Notes under the pieces: model-generated
The model's database searches: none
Seen by the model: the letters and a program-made list of their open reading frames with translations, nothing else
What the model was told of the DNA's origin: nothing
In this document: positions 1 through 8,337 of the stretch, piece by piece
Numbering within the stretch: the stretch's first letter is position 1
Layout: the number at the start of each line of letters is the position of its first letter
Program-made: the position numbers and the translations under genes
Source: an uncultured Pseudomonadales bacterium
Lineage (GTDB): Bacteria > Patescibacteriota > Microgenomatia > UBA1400 > PJMF01
Length of the DNA: 40,802 nt
Assembly (NCBI GenBank): GCA_964652415.1
Contig: CAZZDG010000002.1
Location: forward strand, 1 to 40,802
Reading direction: 5' to 3'

Positions 1-36
1 TCTATCAACTAATTTAGCACATATTGTGTGGCTAAA

Positions 37-306
37 CTAGGAAAGACCCAAAATAATTATATAGTTTTCTAATAAATATGCATAGATAACTCGCCACTGT
101 CCTTGAAATCTAATTCTCATTTCAAAAAGATCCTCAGTGAGTCTTTTTCCGAATGGTTCTTCTAGTTTTCCATCTCGAGATAAGATTTGAGCTCTTGCTT
201 CTATTTTCGCTTGAACTAAAATAGGAAACTTTTTAATTTCTTTCTCTGCCTTCTTATCATAGCGAATAATTTGATGCACATTAGTATTGTTCCTTATAAA
301 GAACAA
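37..306 (-). CDS. RelE/ParE-superfamily toxin, phage Gp49/HigB-like, apparently C-terminally short
   Basis: 89-aa ORF. The segment LFEMRIRFQGQWRVIYAYLLENYIIIL resembles the ElR...g.yRviY...ivlL core of Gp49/HigB-type toxins. The ORF stops right after that strand, where family members usually continue with a basic KKtqktP tail. The track start is TTG at 306; an in-frame GTG at 279 is an alternative. Any partner antitoxin would lie off the left edge. Confidence 0.45.
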   Translation of the reverse strand: MFFIRNNTNVHQIIRYDKKAEKEIKKFPILVQAKIEARAQILSRDGKLEEPFGKRLTEDLFEMRIRFQGQWRVIYAYLLENYIIILGLS

Positions 307-407
307 TAAGTCAAGCGGGAAAAGAAGCCATTTTTTACTGCATACTAAAAACAGTATTTTGTTTTTTTAAATCTCATCTGTTTTTGTGGCAATCATGATT
401 TTCCTTT

Positions 408-509
408 TTATAGATAAAACAGCGCACTTGCGAAACTGCTGGCTACCATTCCGACAATAAATAAAATTGCAAAGATTTTAATAATAGTTTGTTTTGTTTT
501 TTTTGTCAT
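408..509 (-). CDS. Candidate 33-aa single-pass membrane peptide (below the ORF-track size cutoff)
   Basis: Hand translation gives MTKKTKQTIIKIFAILFIVGMVASSFASALFYL*: a Lys-rich N-terminus followed by about 20 hydrophobic residues. The ATG lies 5 nt after the tyrS stop on the same strand. No SD is visible, so only translational coupling would support expression. Confidence 0.25.
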   Translation of the reverse strand: MTKKTKQTIIKIFAILFIVGMVASSFASALFYL

Positions 510-514
510 AGTTT

Positions 515-1705
515 TTATTTCAACTTAAAATACTTTCTTTTTCCGATTCTGACAATTTCAATATCATTTGTTAATTCGGCGAATAGATCAGTTAATTTTT
601 CTCCAGTTTTAGCATTCTGTACCGCTCCTTGCTCTAGCAATCTTCGTCTATTAGTATTACTTTCTTCGGGCAATGCAGCTTGTAGCAAAGTTGAAATAGT
701 TGCTCCGCTCGATCTTACTGAAAGTTCTGGGATGTTAATTGGAATTTCTCCTTGCTGTACCGTTTTTTCAAAATGTTTCTGTGCCAGTTGTGCAGCTTCG
801 CTATCATGGTACATTTCTGTAATGATAAAGGCCAATTTTTTCTTAAATTGCATTGGGTTTTCGCCCGCTTTTATCCTGCTAGCCATATCTTGAATTTCGT
901 TCATTGGCACATCAGTTAAAACTTCAAAGTAAGTAATGATTTCTGCATCAGCGGTAGACATTAACTTGCCGTACATATCAATTGCGTTTTCGGTGAGGGC
1001 AACAAAATTGCCATATGATTTACTCATTTTTCTGCCATCAGTGCCGTTAATAATTGGAGTGGTTAATACCCATTTTTCGTGGTTGTTGTAGGCTCTTTGC
1101 AAAGTTCTACCCATCATCATGTTGAATGTTTGGTCAGTACCACCAAGTTCTAAATCGACATCCATAGCAACGGAATCGTACCCTTGAAGTAGTGGGTACA
1201 TAATTTCGTGGCCATGAATTGGTTTGCCTTCTCTTAAACGATCTTGAAACATGTCTCGTTCCATAAGTTGTTGCACAGTTGTTTTTGCCATCAGCTTCAC
1301 AACATCTGGCATTGTGAGTTTGTCGAGCCAGTCACCGTTATATCGAATTTCAATTTTGTTGAAGTCGAGGACTTTGCTCGCTTGTTCCTTCCAATTCTTA
1401 AAGTTTTCTTTGATTTGCTCATCAGTTAATTCTGGTCTGGTTGAATCTTTTCCAGTTGGGTCACCGATGCGAACTGTTCCATTGCCAATTAATAAAATAA
1501 CTTCGTGCCCTAGTTCTGCAAATTGTTGAAGCTTACGCAAAACCACAGAGTGTCCTAGAGTTAGTAGACTGCCTGTTGGGTCAATGCCTAAATACAGTCT
1601 GATTTTCTTTTCTTGTAGCAATTTTTTGAGAGTTTCTTTATTTGGTAAAACTTCAGCGACACCTCTAGAGAGAACTTCATCAATTTTCTGAGAATCTGTG
1701 ATCAT
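515..1705 (-). CDS. tyrS: Tyrosine--tRNA ligase
   Basis: GIDPTGSLLTLGH (class I HIGH-type motif in the TyrRS context), an exact KMSKS motif (GRKMSKSYGN), and a C-terminal S4-like tail. 396 aa. Confidence 0.93.
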   Translation of the reverse strand: MITDSQKIDEVLSRGVAEVLPNKETLKKLLQEKKIRLYLGIDPTGSLLTLGHSVVLRKLQQFAELGHEVILLIGNGTVRIGDPTGKDSTRPELTDEQIKENFKNWKEQASKVLDFNKIEIRYNGDWLDKLTMPDVVKLMAKTTVQQLMERDMFQDRLREGKPIHGHEIMYPLLQGYDSVAMDVDLELGGTDQTFNMMMGRTLQRAYNNHEKWVLTTPIINGTDGRKMSKSYGNFVALTENAIDMYGKLMSTADAEIITYFEVLTDVPMNEIQDMASRIKAGENPMQFKKKLAFIITEMYHDSEAAQLAQKHFEKTVQQGEIPINIPELSVRSSGATISTLLQAALPEESNTNRRRLLEQGAVQNAKTGEKLTDLFAELTNDIEIVRIGKRKYFKLK

Positions 1706-1752
1706 AATAATCTTTCTTTTTGTATTGTAGCAGGTTTTATTGGTGCACTAAG

Positions 1753-3726
1753 CTAGAGTGTTCCCACCAAAATCCCCTGTTGTTTTTCGAGTTCCTGAAC
1801 AATTTTTTTTCTGACAGGTTTGAGGTCGTCAGAAGCAAGGTTGTTTTTTGGATCGTGATATGTGATTGCAAACGAATAATTTTGGTTGTAAATTCCTTTG
1901 AGTTCTACATCTGTAATAAGAGTGCTGGATTCTGAAATTAATTTCATAATTTCCCCAACCCTTATCTTTTTTGGTAGCGTGAAAGTTAAATCTTCTGTAA
2001 CAATTGCAGTTTTTGGAATTGGCTGATAGGTTGGGTGTGTCTTTACAATTTGTAGAAGTTTGGCAAATTCTAGTTCTATTGCAATACGGTTGTTTGTAAT
2101 GATTTGTATTGTCCCTAATTTCACCACTTTTCCTGAATTTATAACAGTAATTGTGCCAGTTGTGTCAGTATTTTGAGTTACTGCTATTTCTTTTATGAAA
2201 AATTGCCCAAGTAAATTTTCTACTATTCCACGCACTTCTCTGTAAGGTTTTGTTGAGACAATAGAGAGTCGCAATGTTTCTTCAGGAAGGTTGTTTTTTC
2301 TTGGCAAATATATGTTTGCAATTTCAAAGACTGACAACTCAGAAACATGAGAATTTTGGTCCAAAATTTCACTTAAAGAAGGAATTAAAGATTTTCGCAA
2401 AAAAACTCTATCATCTGTAAGTGGGTTTTGTAGTTTAAGATGATTTTCTAGCATGTCGGTTTGTAATGCGATTGCTTCACTCACCATTGAGTAGGAGTAT
2501 ATTTCTTGTAACCCAATACTTGCCAGGAAACGTTTCATCCTGTTTTCAATTGAAAAATTGACGCCAACTTGTCTTTGGGTAGGAATTTGCGTATCCATAA
2601 TTACACTTGGTAATTTGTGATATCCATAAATTCTGGCAATTTCTTCAACGATATCTGCAGGAATAGTCAAGTCAGGACGGAAGGTTGGTGGATGTACAGT
2701 TAAGTCATCCTTGTCTGTTTCAACTTTACATTCGAGTTGCTCTAAAATAGAGATGACTGTTTTAATACCGATATCAATTCCTAAATACTCATGAATTGTT
2801 TGTAATTTTATTTTTACAGGTGTTGGTTCTTCACTTCCAGGAAAATCATCATAAATCTCGCTAGCAACGGTTGTGTCACAAAGTTCTGTGTAGAGTTGTA
2901 TGCCACGAACAAGCACATCTTTTGCTAAGTTTGGATCAACATTTTTTTCCATAAGTTGAGCCGCAACAGTTCTAATTGCGTGGGTCATGCTGGCGAAGCG
3001 TACTTTTTCAGCTTTGATTGATTCAAGTAAAAGCAAAACATTTTGAGTTGAATCATCAATTGAGGTGTTAGCCGTTCCTTTGATAGAAGGAAGGTCAATA
3101 ATTTCACCTTTGCCATTTTTAAAAACAACTTCTCCACCAACTGTTGTGAATTCATTACCGTCCAGTGTTTTAAATGTTTCACCTTTTTTTGCTTCAACAA
3201 CGTTAATTTCTCCCCCAGTTTTCATGAGTTTGTCATAATCAAATGCATGGCAGGGATGGCCTAATTCATGGGTGATGTAGTTGGTAATATCAATTACGCT
3301 GTCGTGTATATTCTGGTCTGTTTGGAGCAATCGTTTGCCCATCCAATCAGGAGTTGGATTTCTTTTTGCCCCCTTGAGCACAATACAGATTAAGCGTTTT
3401 GAAAGTTTTGGATCATTGCTGATTTTTGGTAGAGGTAGAGTCGTATCAGTTGTAGGCTTAGCAATTTTTAGCAAGTTGTTTGGTTTGAGTTTTGCGTCAA
3501 TTCCAAATTGTTGCAAAATAACGGCAACTTCTCTAGCAATTCCGCGAATAGACATGCCATCGACTCTATTAGTTGTAACTTCAATGTCATACACTTTTTC
3601 ACCTTCTTTGTCGTAAATTCTTTCAATTGAAGGTCCGCATAACGAAACATATTCCTGAATTTTTTCTGGAGTTGCGTTAGTGTCTAAATGTTCAAGTAAC
3701 CAAGTATGGGGTATTAAAATGTTCAT
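1753..3726 (-). CDS. pheT: Phenylalanine--tRNA ligase beta subunit (short form lacking the N-terminal OB/tRNA-binding domain)
   Basis: N-terminus MNILIPHTWLLEHL...SIERI runs within about 10 residues into YDIEVTTNRVDGMSIRGIAREVA (the PheT TPNRxD motif). B3/4, B5 and core regions are present, plus a C-terminal FDX-ACB-like end. It lies immediately downstream of pheS with an AAGGA SD. Confidence 0.88.
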   Translation of the reverse strand: MNILIPHTWLLEHLDTNATPEKIQEYVSLCGPSIERIYDKEGEKVYDIEVTTNRVDGMSIRGIAREVAVILQQFGIDAKLKPNNLLKIAKPTTDTTLPLPKISNDPKLSKRLICIVLKGAKRNPTPDWMGKRLLQTDQNIHDSVIDITNYITHELGHPCHAFDYDKLMKTGGEINVVEAKKGETFKTLDGNEFTTVGGEVVFKNGKGEIIDLPSIKGTANTSIDDSTQNVLLLLESIKAEKVRFASMTHAIRTVAAQLMEKNVDPNLAKDVLVRGIQLYTELCDTTVASEIYDDFPGSEEPTPVKIKLQTIHEYLGIDIGIKTVISILEQLECKVETDKDDLTVHPPTFRPDLTIPADIVEEIARIYGYHKLPSVIMDTQIPTQRQVGVNFSIENRMKRFLASIGLQEIYSYSMVSEAIALQTDMLENHLKLQNPLTDDRVFLRKSLIPSLSEILDQNSHVSELSVFEIANIYLPRKNNLPEETLRLSIVSTKPYREVRGIVENLLGQFFIKEIAVTQNTDTTGTITVINSGKVVKLGTIQIITNNRIAIELEFAKLLQIVKTHPTYQPIPKTAIVTEDLTFTLPKKIRVGEIMKLISESSTLITDVELKGIYNQNYSFAITYHDPKNNLASDDLKPVRKKIVQELEKQQGILVGTL

Positions 3727-3735
3727 ATGTATCCT

Positions 3736-4788
3736 TTAAAATTGTTCCAAAAATTTTAGATCACCGCTGTAAAGCAATCTAATATCATCAATATTTAATC
3801 CTTGTTTGAGTGTGTAAGTTCTCTCTACTCCCCACCCAAATGCAAAACCAGTGTATTCTTCTGGGTCTATGCCACCTGCCTTGAGTACATTTGGATGTAC
3901 CATGCCTGCCCCACCAACTTCATGCCAACCAGATTTGCAGAATTTGCATTTGGTAGTACTTTCTTGAGATTCAATTTTTCCAGTCCCATGACAAATATGG
4001 CAAGAAAAATCGACTTCAAAACTTGGTTCAGTAAATTGAAAGTGAAATGGTCTAATTCTAGATTTTGTGCCTGGACCATAAAACTGTTCTGCAAAGTAAT
4101 CTAAAGTACCTTTGAGATGTTGAATGTTGATGCCTTTGTCGACAACCAAGCCCTCAAATTGGTGAAACATTTGTGTGTGAGTTGCATCCTGTTGTCGTCT
4201 ATAACAGCGAGCTATGTTAATCATTCTGATCGGTGGTTTCGATTTGAGTCGTTCCATTTCACGAACTTGGCCATTAGAAGTATGGGTTGTCATGACCACT
4301 TTGCCTTTTTCTGTATCTTGTGGGGCATCAACAAAAAAAGTTTCCCACTCATCACGAGCAGGATGACTTTTTGGCATATTTAAACTTTCAAATACATACC
4401 AGTCCCAGTCTACTTCTGGATATCTGGCACGAGAAAAACCAATTCGCTCAAAAATTTGAGTGATTTCTTCCATTGCTTGAGAAACAGGGTGCATGTGTCC
4501 AGTTTTTTGTTTAATTCCTGGGGCAGTCAAATCTTGCCAAGCATTTTTTTGTGGACCTGAACTTATTTTTTCTATTGTGTCTGTTAAATATGTTTTGAGC
4601 TCGTTTAGGATTCTGCCTGCTTCTTTTCTTTGGTCAGGCTCAACTTGCCCGATAGCTTTAGCCAACTCATTAAATAAGCCCTTTTTGCCAAGGTATTTTG
4701 TTTTAATTTCCTCCGCAGAGGTTCCAGTCTCATTTTTAAGCTGGGTTTCGATTTTTGTGATTTTTGATTTGAGTTCTGTGAGTGTCAT
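3736..4788 (-). CDS. pheS: Phenylalanine--tRNA ligase alpha subunit
   Basis: The C-terminus GAGMVHPNVL...GFAFGWGVERTYTL...DLKFLEQF matches the PheS class II motif 3 and tail. The FTEPSFEVD motif 2 region carries the common CxxC..CxxC knuckle. Confidence 0.95.
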   Translation of the reverse strand: MTLTELKSKITKIETQLKNETGTSAEEIKTKYLGKKGLFNELAKAIGQVEPDQRKEAGRILNELKTYLTDTIEKISSGPQKNAWQDLTAPGIKQKTGHMHPVSQAMEEITQIFERIGFSRARYPEVDWDWYVFESLNMPKSHPARDEWETFFVDAPQDTEKGKVVMTTHTSNGQVREMERLKSKPPIRMINIARCYRRQQDATHTQMFHQFEGLVVDKGINIQHLKGTLDYFAEQFYGPGTKSRIRPFHFQFTEPSFEVDFSCHICHGTGKIESQESTTKCKFCKSGWHEVGGAGMVHPNVLKAGGIDPEEYTGFAFGWGVERTYTLKQGLNIDDIRLLYSGDLKFLEQF

Positions 4789-4794
4789 ATATGT

Positions 4795-4800
4795 ATTCTA
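4795..4800 (-). promoter_or_regulatory. Candidate -10 box (TAGAAT) 6 nt upstream of the pheS ATG (leaderless-type arrangement)
   Basis: The minus strand reads TAGAAT-acatat-ATG. The -35 region is only T-rich (it lies in the terminator U-tract). Confidence 0.35.
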
Positions 4801-4813
4801 TCTCATGCCTTAT

Positions 4814-4842
4814 AAAATAAAAAACTCCCATTTGTTGGGAGT
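4814..4842 (-). terminator. Intrinsic terminator after the 1098-aa membrane protein gene
   Basis: 7-bp stem ACTCCCA/TGGGAGT with a 5-nt loop. On the minus strand it is followed by TTTTTATTTT. Confidence 0.6.
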
Positions 4843-4981
4843 GTGTTTTTGTTATTCTTTCTACTTAAAACCTGCTCCCTTTATTTTTGGAAGTTAAAAA
4901 AGAAGCCGGTAAAATATTTGTTTGTGAACATTACTAAAGTGAATTATAGTACACGATGTATCTTTTGTCAGTATTAATAAA

Positions 4982-7900
4982 TTATTTAGTTTTTCCTTGC
5001 ACTGATTTTTTTACTTTTTGAGAAATAGTAGTTCTAGCACTTTCCCTTCTTGGTTTATGTGTGAACAGTTTTATTCCAACAACAGTAAAAGTGAGCGCTG
5101 TGACACCTAGAAAAGCAAACGCAAAATACTGCGGTATGTAAATAATTACAATGGCATGTTCTCCACTGTTTAGTTCCCATAGATTAGCCCAGTTGTTATA
5201 TCGATAATGTGGGAGAATTTTGTTTGAACTAAAGTCATAGGCAATCCATAGATCATCATATGCTTGGTTAATGCCAATAAAACAGGTTGAGTTGCAGTTT
5301 GCATCAAGACTATATCGACTGATTGAATGTTTGCGTTGATTAGTGATAGAAACGGTATTTTCAACTGACATATTTTTGTTATCTTTTGCAGTCAATTTTA
5401 TTTTTGCAAAGTTTGAAATATGAAATGGAACAATAGTGAGCGAATCTAGTCTGTTTTCACTTTTCTGTCCGAATGATCTGGTCTCCCAGTTTAAGAACAA
5501 TTTGTGTTGAGGATCAGAGCTCAATTGTTTGAGAGGATAACTGACTGAATACTTATCTTCGGGAAAAATATATTCGGTGGGTACCGTGTTTGGTTTAGAA
5601 CTGTGTATAAACAACTTTATACTTCTGCCTTGAATATTTTCACCAGCAGCAATTGCCATGTATTCATTCACTGGACTCAAGAATGGCAAATAGATTGAAT
5701 TGCAATTTACACCATATTTATCAGCTGAATATGTTGCGGCACCTGATTGTGAATATGTAGTTCGAATGCTACCTCTTTGTGGCTTAACACAGTTTTCTGA
5801 AGGTTGTAGTTCCAGATTTGCCTTAATATTTGGAAAATTTGTTATAATTGTTAGGTCAGAATTTATTTTTTTCTCAAATATTTGATCTTTAGTTAATAAC
5901 TGCCAATCAGGTGTAATTTCTGTAAGGATTTTTCCTGTTCCAACATCTTGAATTTTCAGAGTATTCCCAACAGGTATATTGAGTTCTGAATATGTATATT
6001 CATCAGTTTTGTTAAGTGCAACTTCTTGTCCATTAATCTGAACTGCTGAAACTTCATTTTTAAGCTGAATTATTTGATTATCAATAGTTTGAATTTGCAA
6101 AATCTCAGATCCAGTATTGAGATGGTATTGAGGGAAAAAGATTTGTAATTGAGAATCTTGAAGTTTTAATGCAACTGTTGTTTTATAACTATTCGTGGCA
6201 AAAGCTGGAATTTGAATTGTATATTGACCAGGATTTGTATTTGAGTTCAATGAGAGTTCAGAATCTGTCACAGTTTGTTTTTTTTGCTCATTTTTTTGGA
6301 GCCAGCTAAAAGGAAAATTAACAACTGCTTTATTTGAGTCGGTAATTATATGTTCTGGGTACTCTATGACAACTGGGTCTACACTGAGCCGTTCTGTATT
6401 TGCAGAGACTTTTGCGATTGACTCAGGAATAATAAAAGAGGTTGATTTTTTGGCGATTGTTGGATGTTCATACACAGTTAAAAATTTCTTCTGCCAGATT
6501 TTTTTAAAGCCAGCTTTTTCAAGCATTTCTTTATCTAAGCTAAATGAGTGTTGTGTATATGGTTGAATTCTCGACTCATCAAGTATTGCTAGAGGTATAA
6601 TGTATTTCTGGGCAATTTGTTCAAGCTGTTGCGGATTTTGAGAATTAATTGCAAAACTTAATTCTTCATATAAATAGTCATTCGCGCCACTCCAACGAGC
6701 AAAATCAGAAGTTAAAAATGGTTGTGGAATACCAAAAAATTGGAATCCAAGCCCTTGATAACCGAGTACTCTTCCTGGTGTAGACCAGTCATGTAAAACC
6801 CAACCTTCTCGGGAAGTATATGGCATTTCTAGAACTCTGTCTGCATGATCTTGTGTTCGTAAAAAGCTGTAAAGTTCTTGATATTCTTGAGGGAAAATCA
6901 CATAAAGTTTTTCGTTGATAAAGTTTCCAGAAAAACTTGGAGCAGTAATTGAAAGGGTGTAAATATATCCCAAACCAATAATAATGGGCACCACAGTTTG
7001 AATGAGTTGTTCAGATACTTTCTTTTGTAATATTTCTACCATTTTGGCTAGAGTTTCACTAGCTAAAATAACAACAAATACTGAATGTAAGATGGAGAGT
7101 TTAGTGAACGGATTTCTGAATATTTCTAGAAAAGTTTTGGATTCATAGAATTTTAGTAATAGTTCTTTGGTTGGGAACAACTCAATCCAAATGAATGCTG
7201 AAGTGAGTAAAAACAGCACGGACATGGCGGCTTTGACAGGGTGTTTTTTACTTGCAATTAAGCCGATAATTGCGCCACATATTGATAGTCCAGCTAAAAT
7301 ATAGAGCTGTAAATTGTGAAACGGATTTGCAAAATGATTTACCCATTCATTAAAAATAAGTTCGTGTTCTTTGCTTTCAAAATTATAGTCTTTCCATGAA
7401 GTCAGATAGTGATAACCGGTGAGAAAACTATGCACTGTGCTTGCTTCTCTAATGCTCCAGAGAGCTTCTGGGCCAAAAACAATATTTGCTTTACTTTCAG
7501 TTACGTACTTAGAGTTGTGAATACTGTAGTACAGATTTGGTACAATCCAAAAACCATTCATCATAAAAGTGAGTAAGCCAATTACTAGACTAAATCTGAT
7601 AGCTTCGTAGGTTTTTTTATGTACCTGTAGGTATATTGCGAGTGCATATAAAACTGATGCAATAGCCCCAAGGTAAAAAACTGTTGGAGTATGAGCACTT
7701 GCTGCAAGCAGTATTTGTACTGAGCAGAATAGCAATACAGATTTGGGGGAAGTTTTTTTTACCAGCTCATGCAATGAAATTAACAGAAGTGGAAAAAAAG
7801 CAAATTGAACTGTGAATAGCTCAAAACTAATATAAAACTGTTGCAAAGTCAGAGGATGGAGCAAATATAAGAGTCCTGCAAAGCCAGCAATCCAGGTTTT

Positions 7901-8278
7901 GTATTGTGTTTTGTTTTGAATCCAATAGTTCTTAATAAAGAAATATATGGTTACACCACCAATTACATACATGGTAAAGAGAAAGACTGCGCGAACCAAG
8001 TGAAGAGGAAATATTTGCATGAGAATAAATAAATAGGGCATCCGGGTGATTTCAGCCAAAAAACCTTTTGCTGCTGGGCCGCCAAGACCTTCATGTTCAC
8101 TCCACGCACCATAGAGTCCTCTGTATGTATATTGGCCAAGATTTAACTCAGCATGAATATTATCCCAGCCAGAATAGTATCCACGAATACTGGTGTTTTG
8201 AAGCGCAATAAAAATACTCACTAGGATAACAATGAGCAACGGAATATTTTGTCTTAGCTTATTAAATATTTTTTTCAT
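4982..8278 (-). CDS. Large polytopic membrane protein, putative GT-C-type glycosyltransferase (YfhO/AftD-like architecture)
   Basis: 1098 aa. About 450 aa of N-terminal TM helices, about 570 aa of beta-rich soluble region, and one C-terminal TM helix with a basic tail. The assignment rests on architecture only. Confidence 0.45.
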   Translation of the reverse strand: MKKIFNKLRQNIPLLIVILVSIFIALQNTSIRGYYSGWDNIHAELNLGQYTYRGLYGAWSEHEGLGGPAAKGFLAEITRMPYLFILMQIFPLHLVRAVFLFTMYVIGGVTIYFFIKNYWIQNKTQYKTWIAGFAGLLYLLHPLTLQQFYISFELFTVQFAFFPLLLISLHELVKKTSPKSVLLFCSVQILLAASAHTPTVFYLGAIASVLYALAIYLQVHKKTYEAIRFSLVIGLLTFMMNGFWIVPNLYYSIHNSKYVTESKANIVFGPEALWSIREASTVHSFLTGYHYLTSWKDYNFESKEHELIFNEWVNHFANPFHNLQLYILAGLSICGAIIGLIASKKHPVKAAMSVLFLLTSAFIWIELFPTKELLLKFYESKTFLEIFRNPFTKLSILHSVFVVILASETLAKMVEILQKKVSEQLIQTVVPIIIGLGYIYTLSITAPSFSGNFINEKLYVIFPQEYQELYSFLRTQDHADRVLEMPYTSREGWVLHDWSTPGRVLGYQGLGFQFFGIPQPFLTSDFARWSGANDYLYEELSFAINSQNPQQLEQIAQKYIIPLAILDESRIQPYTQHSFSLDKEMLEKAGFKKIWQKKFLTVYEHPTIAKKSTSFIIPESIAKVSANTERLSVDPVVIEYPEHIITDSNKAVVNFPFSWLQKNEQKKQTVTDSELSLNSNTNPGQYTIQIPAFATNSYKTTVALKLQDSQLQIFFPQYHLNTGSEILQIQTIDNQIIQLKNEVSAVQINGQEVALNKTDEYTYSELNIPVGNTLKIQDVGTGKILTEITPDWQLLTKDQIFEKKINSDLTIITNFPNIKANLELQPSENCVKPQRGSIRTTYSQSGAATYSADKYGVNCNSIYLPFLSPVNEYMAIAAGENIQGRSIKLFIHSSKPNTVPTEYIFPEDKYSVSYPLKQLSSDPQHKLFLNWETRSFGQKSENRLDSLTIVPFHISNFAKIKLTAKDNKNMSVENTVSITNQRKHSISRYSLDANCNSTCFIGINQAYDDLWIAYDFSSNKILPHYRYNNWANLWELNSGEHAIVIIYIPQYFAFAFLGVTALTFTVVGIKLFTHKPRRESARTTISQKVKKSVQGKTK

Positions 8279-8337
8279 TTAGTGTCAGCATTTTGTGCCT
8301 GACTTCAGTTTAACATTTTTTGTTACAATGATGGTAT

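Noticed and set aside
3925-4000. A CxxC...CxxC zinc-knuckle insertion in PheS (CHICHGTG...CKFCKSGW).
   Set aside because: This knuckle is common in bacterial PheS alpha subunits between motif 2 and the GxGMVHP segment. It is not unusual.
489-8278. Numerous 60-134-aa ORFs antisense to or nested in tyrS, pheT, pheS and the 1098-aa gene (for example 489-893, 1244-1529, 3281-3616, 3802-4383, 4493-4897, 5170-5364, 5700-5885, 6366-6566). Analogous antisense ORFs occur across the rest of the window.
   Set aside because: Each is fully overlapped by a long ORF with clear family motifs. They encode Phe/Leu/Ser/Cys-rich junk typical of the antisense strand of AT-rich genes, and they have no SD or promoter signals.
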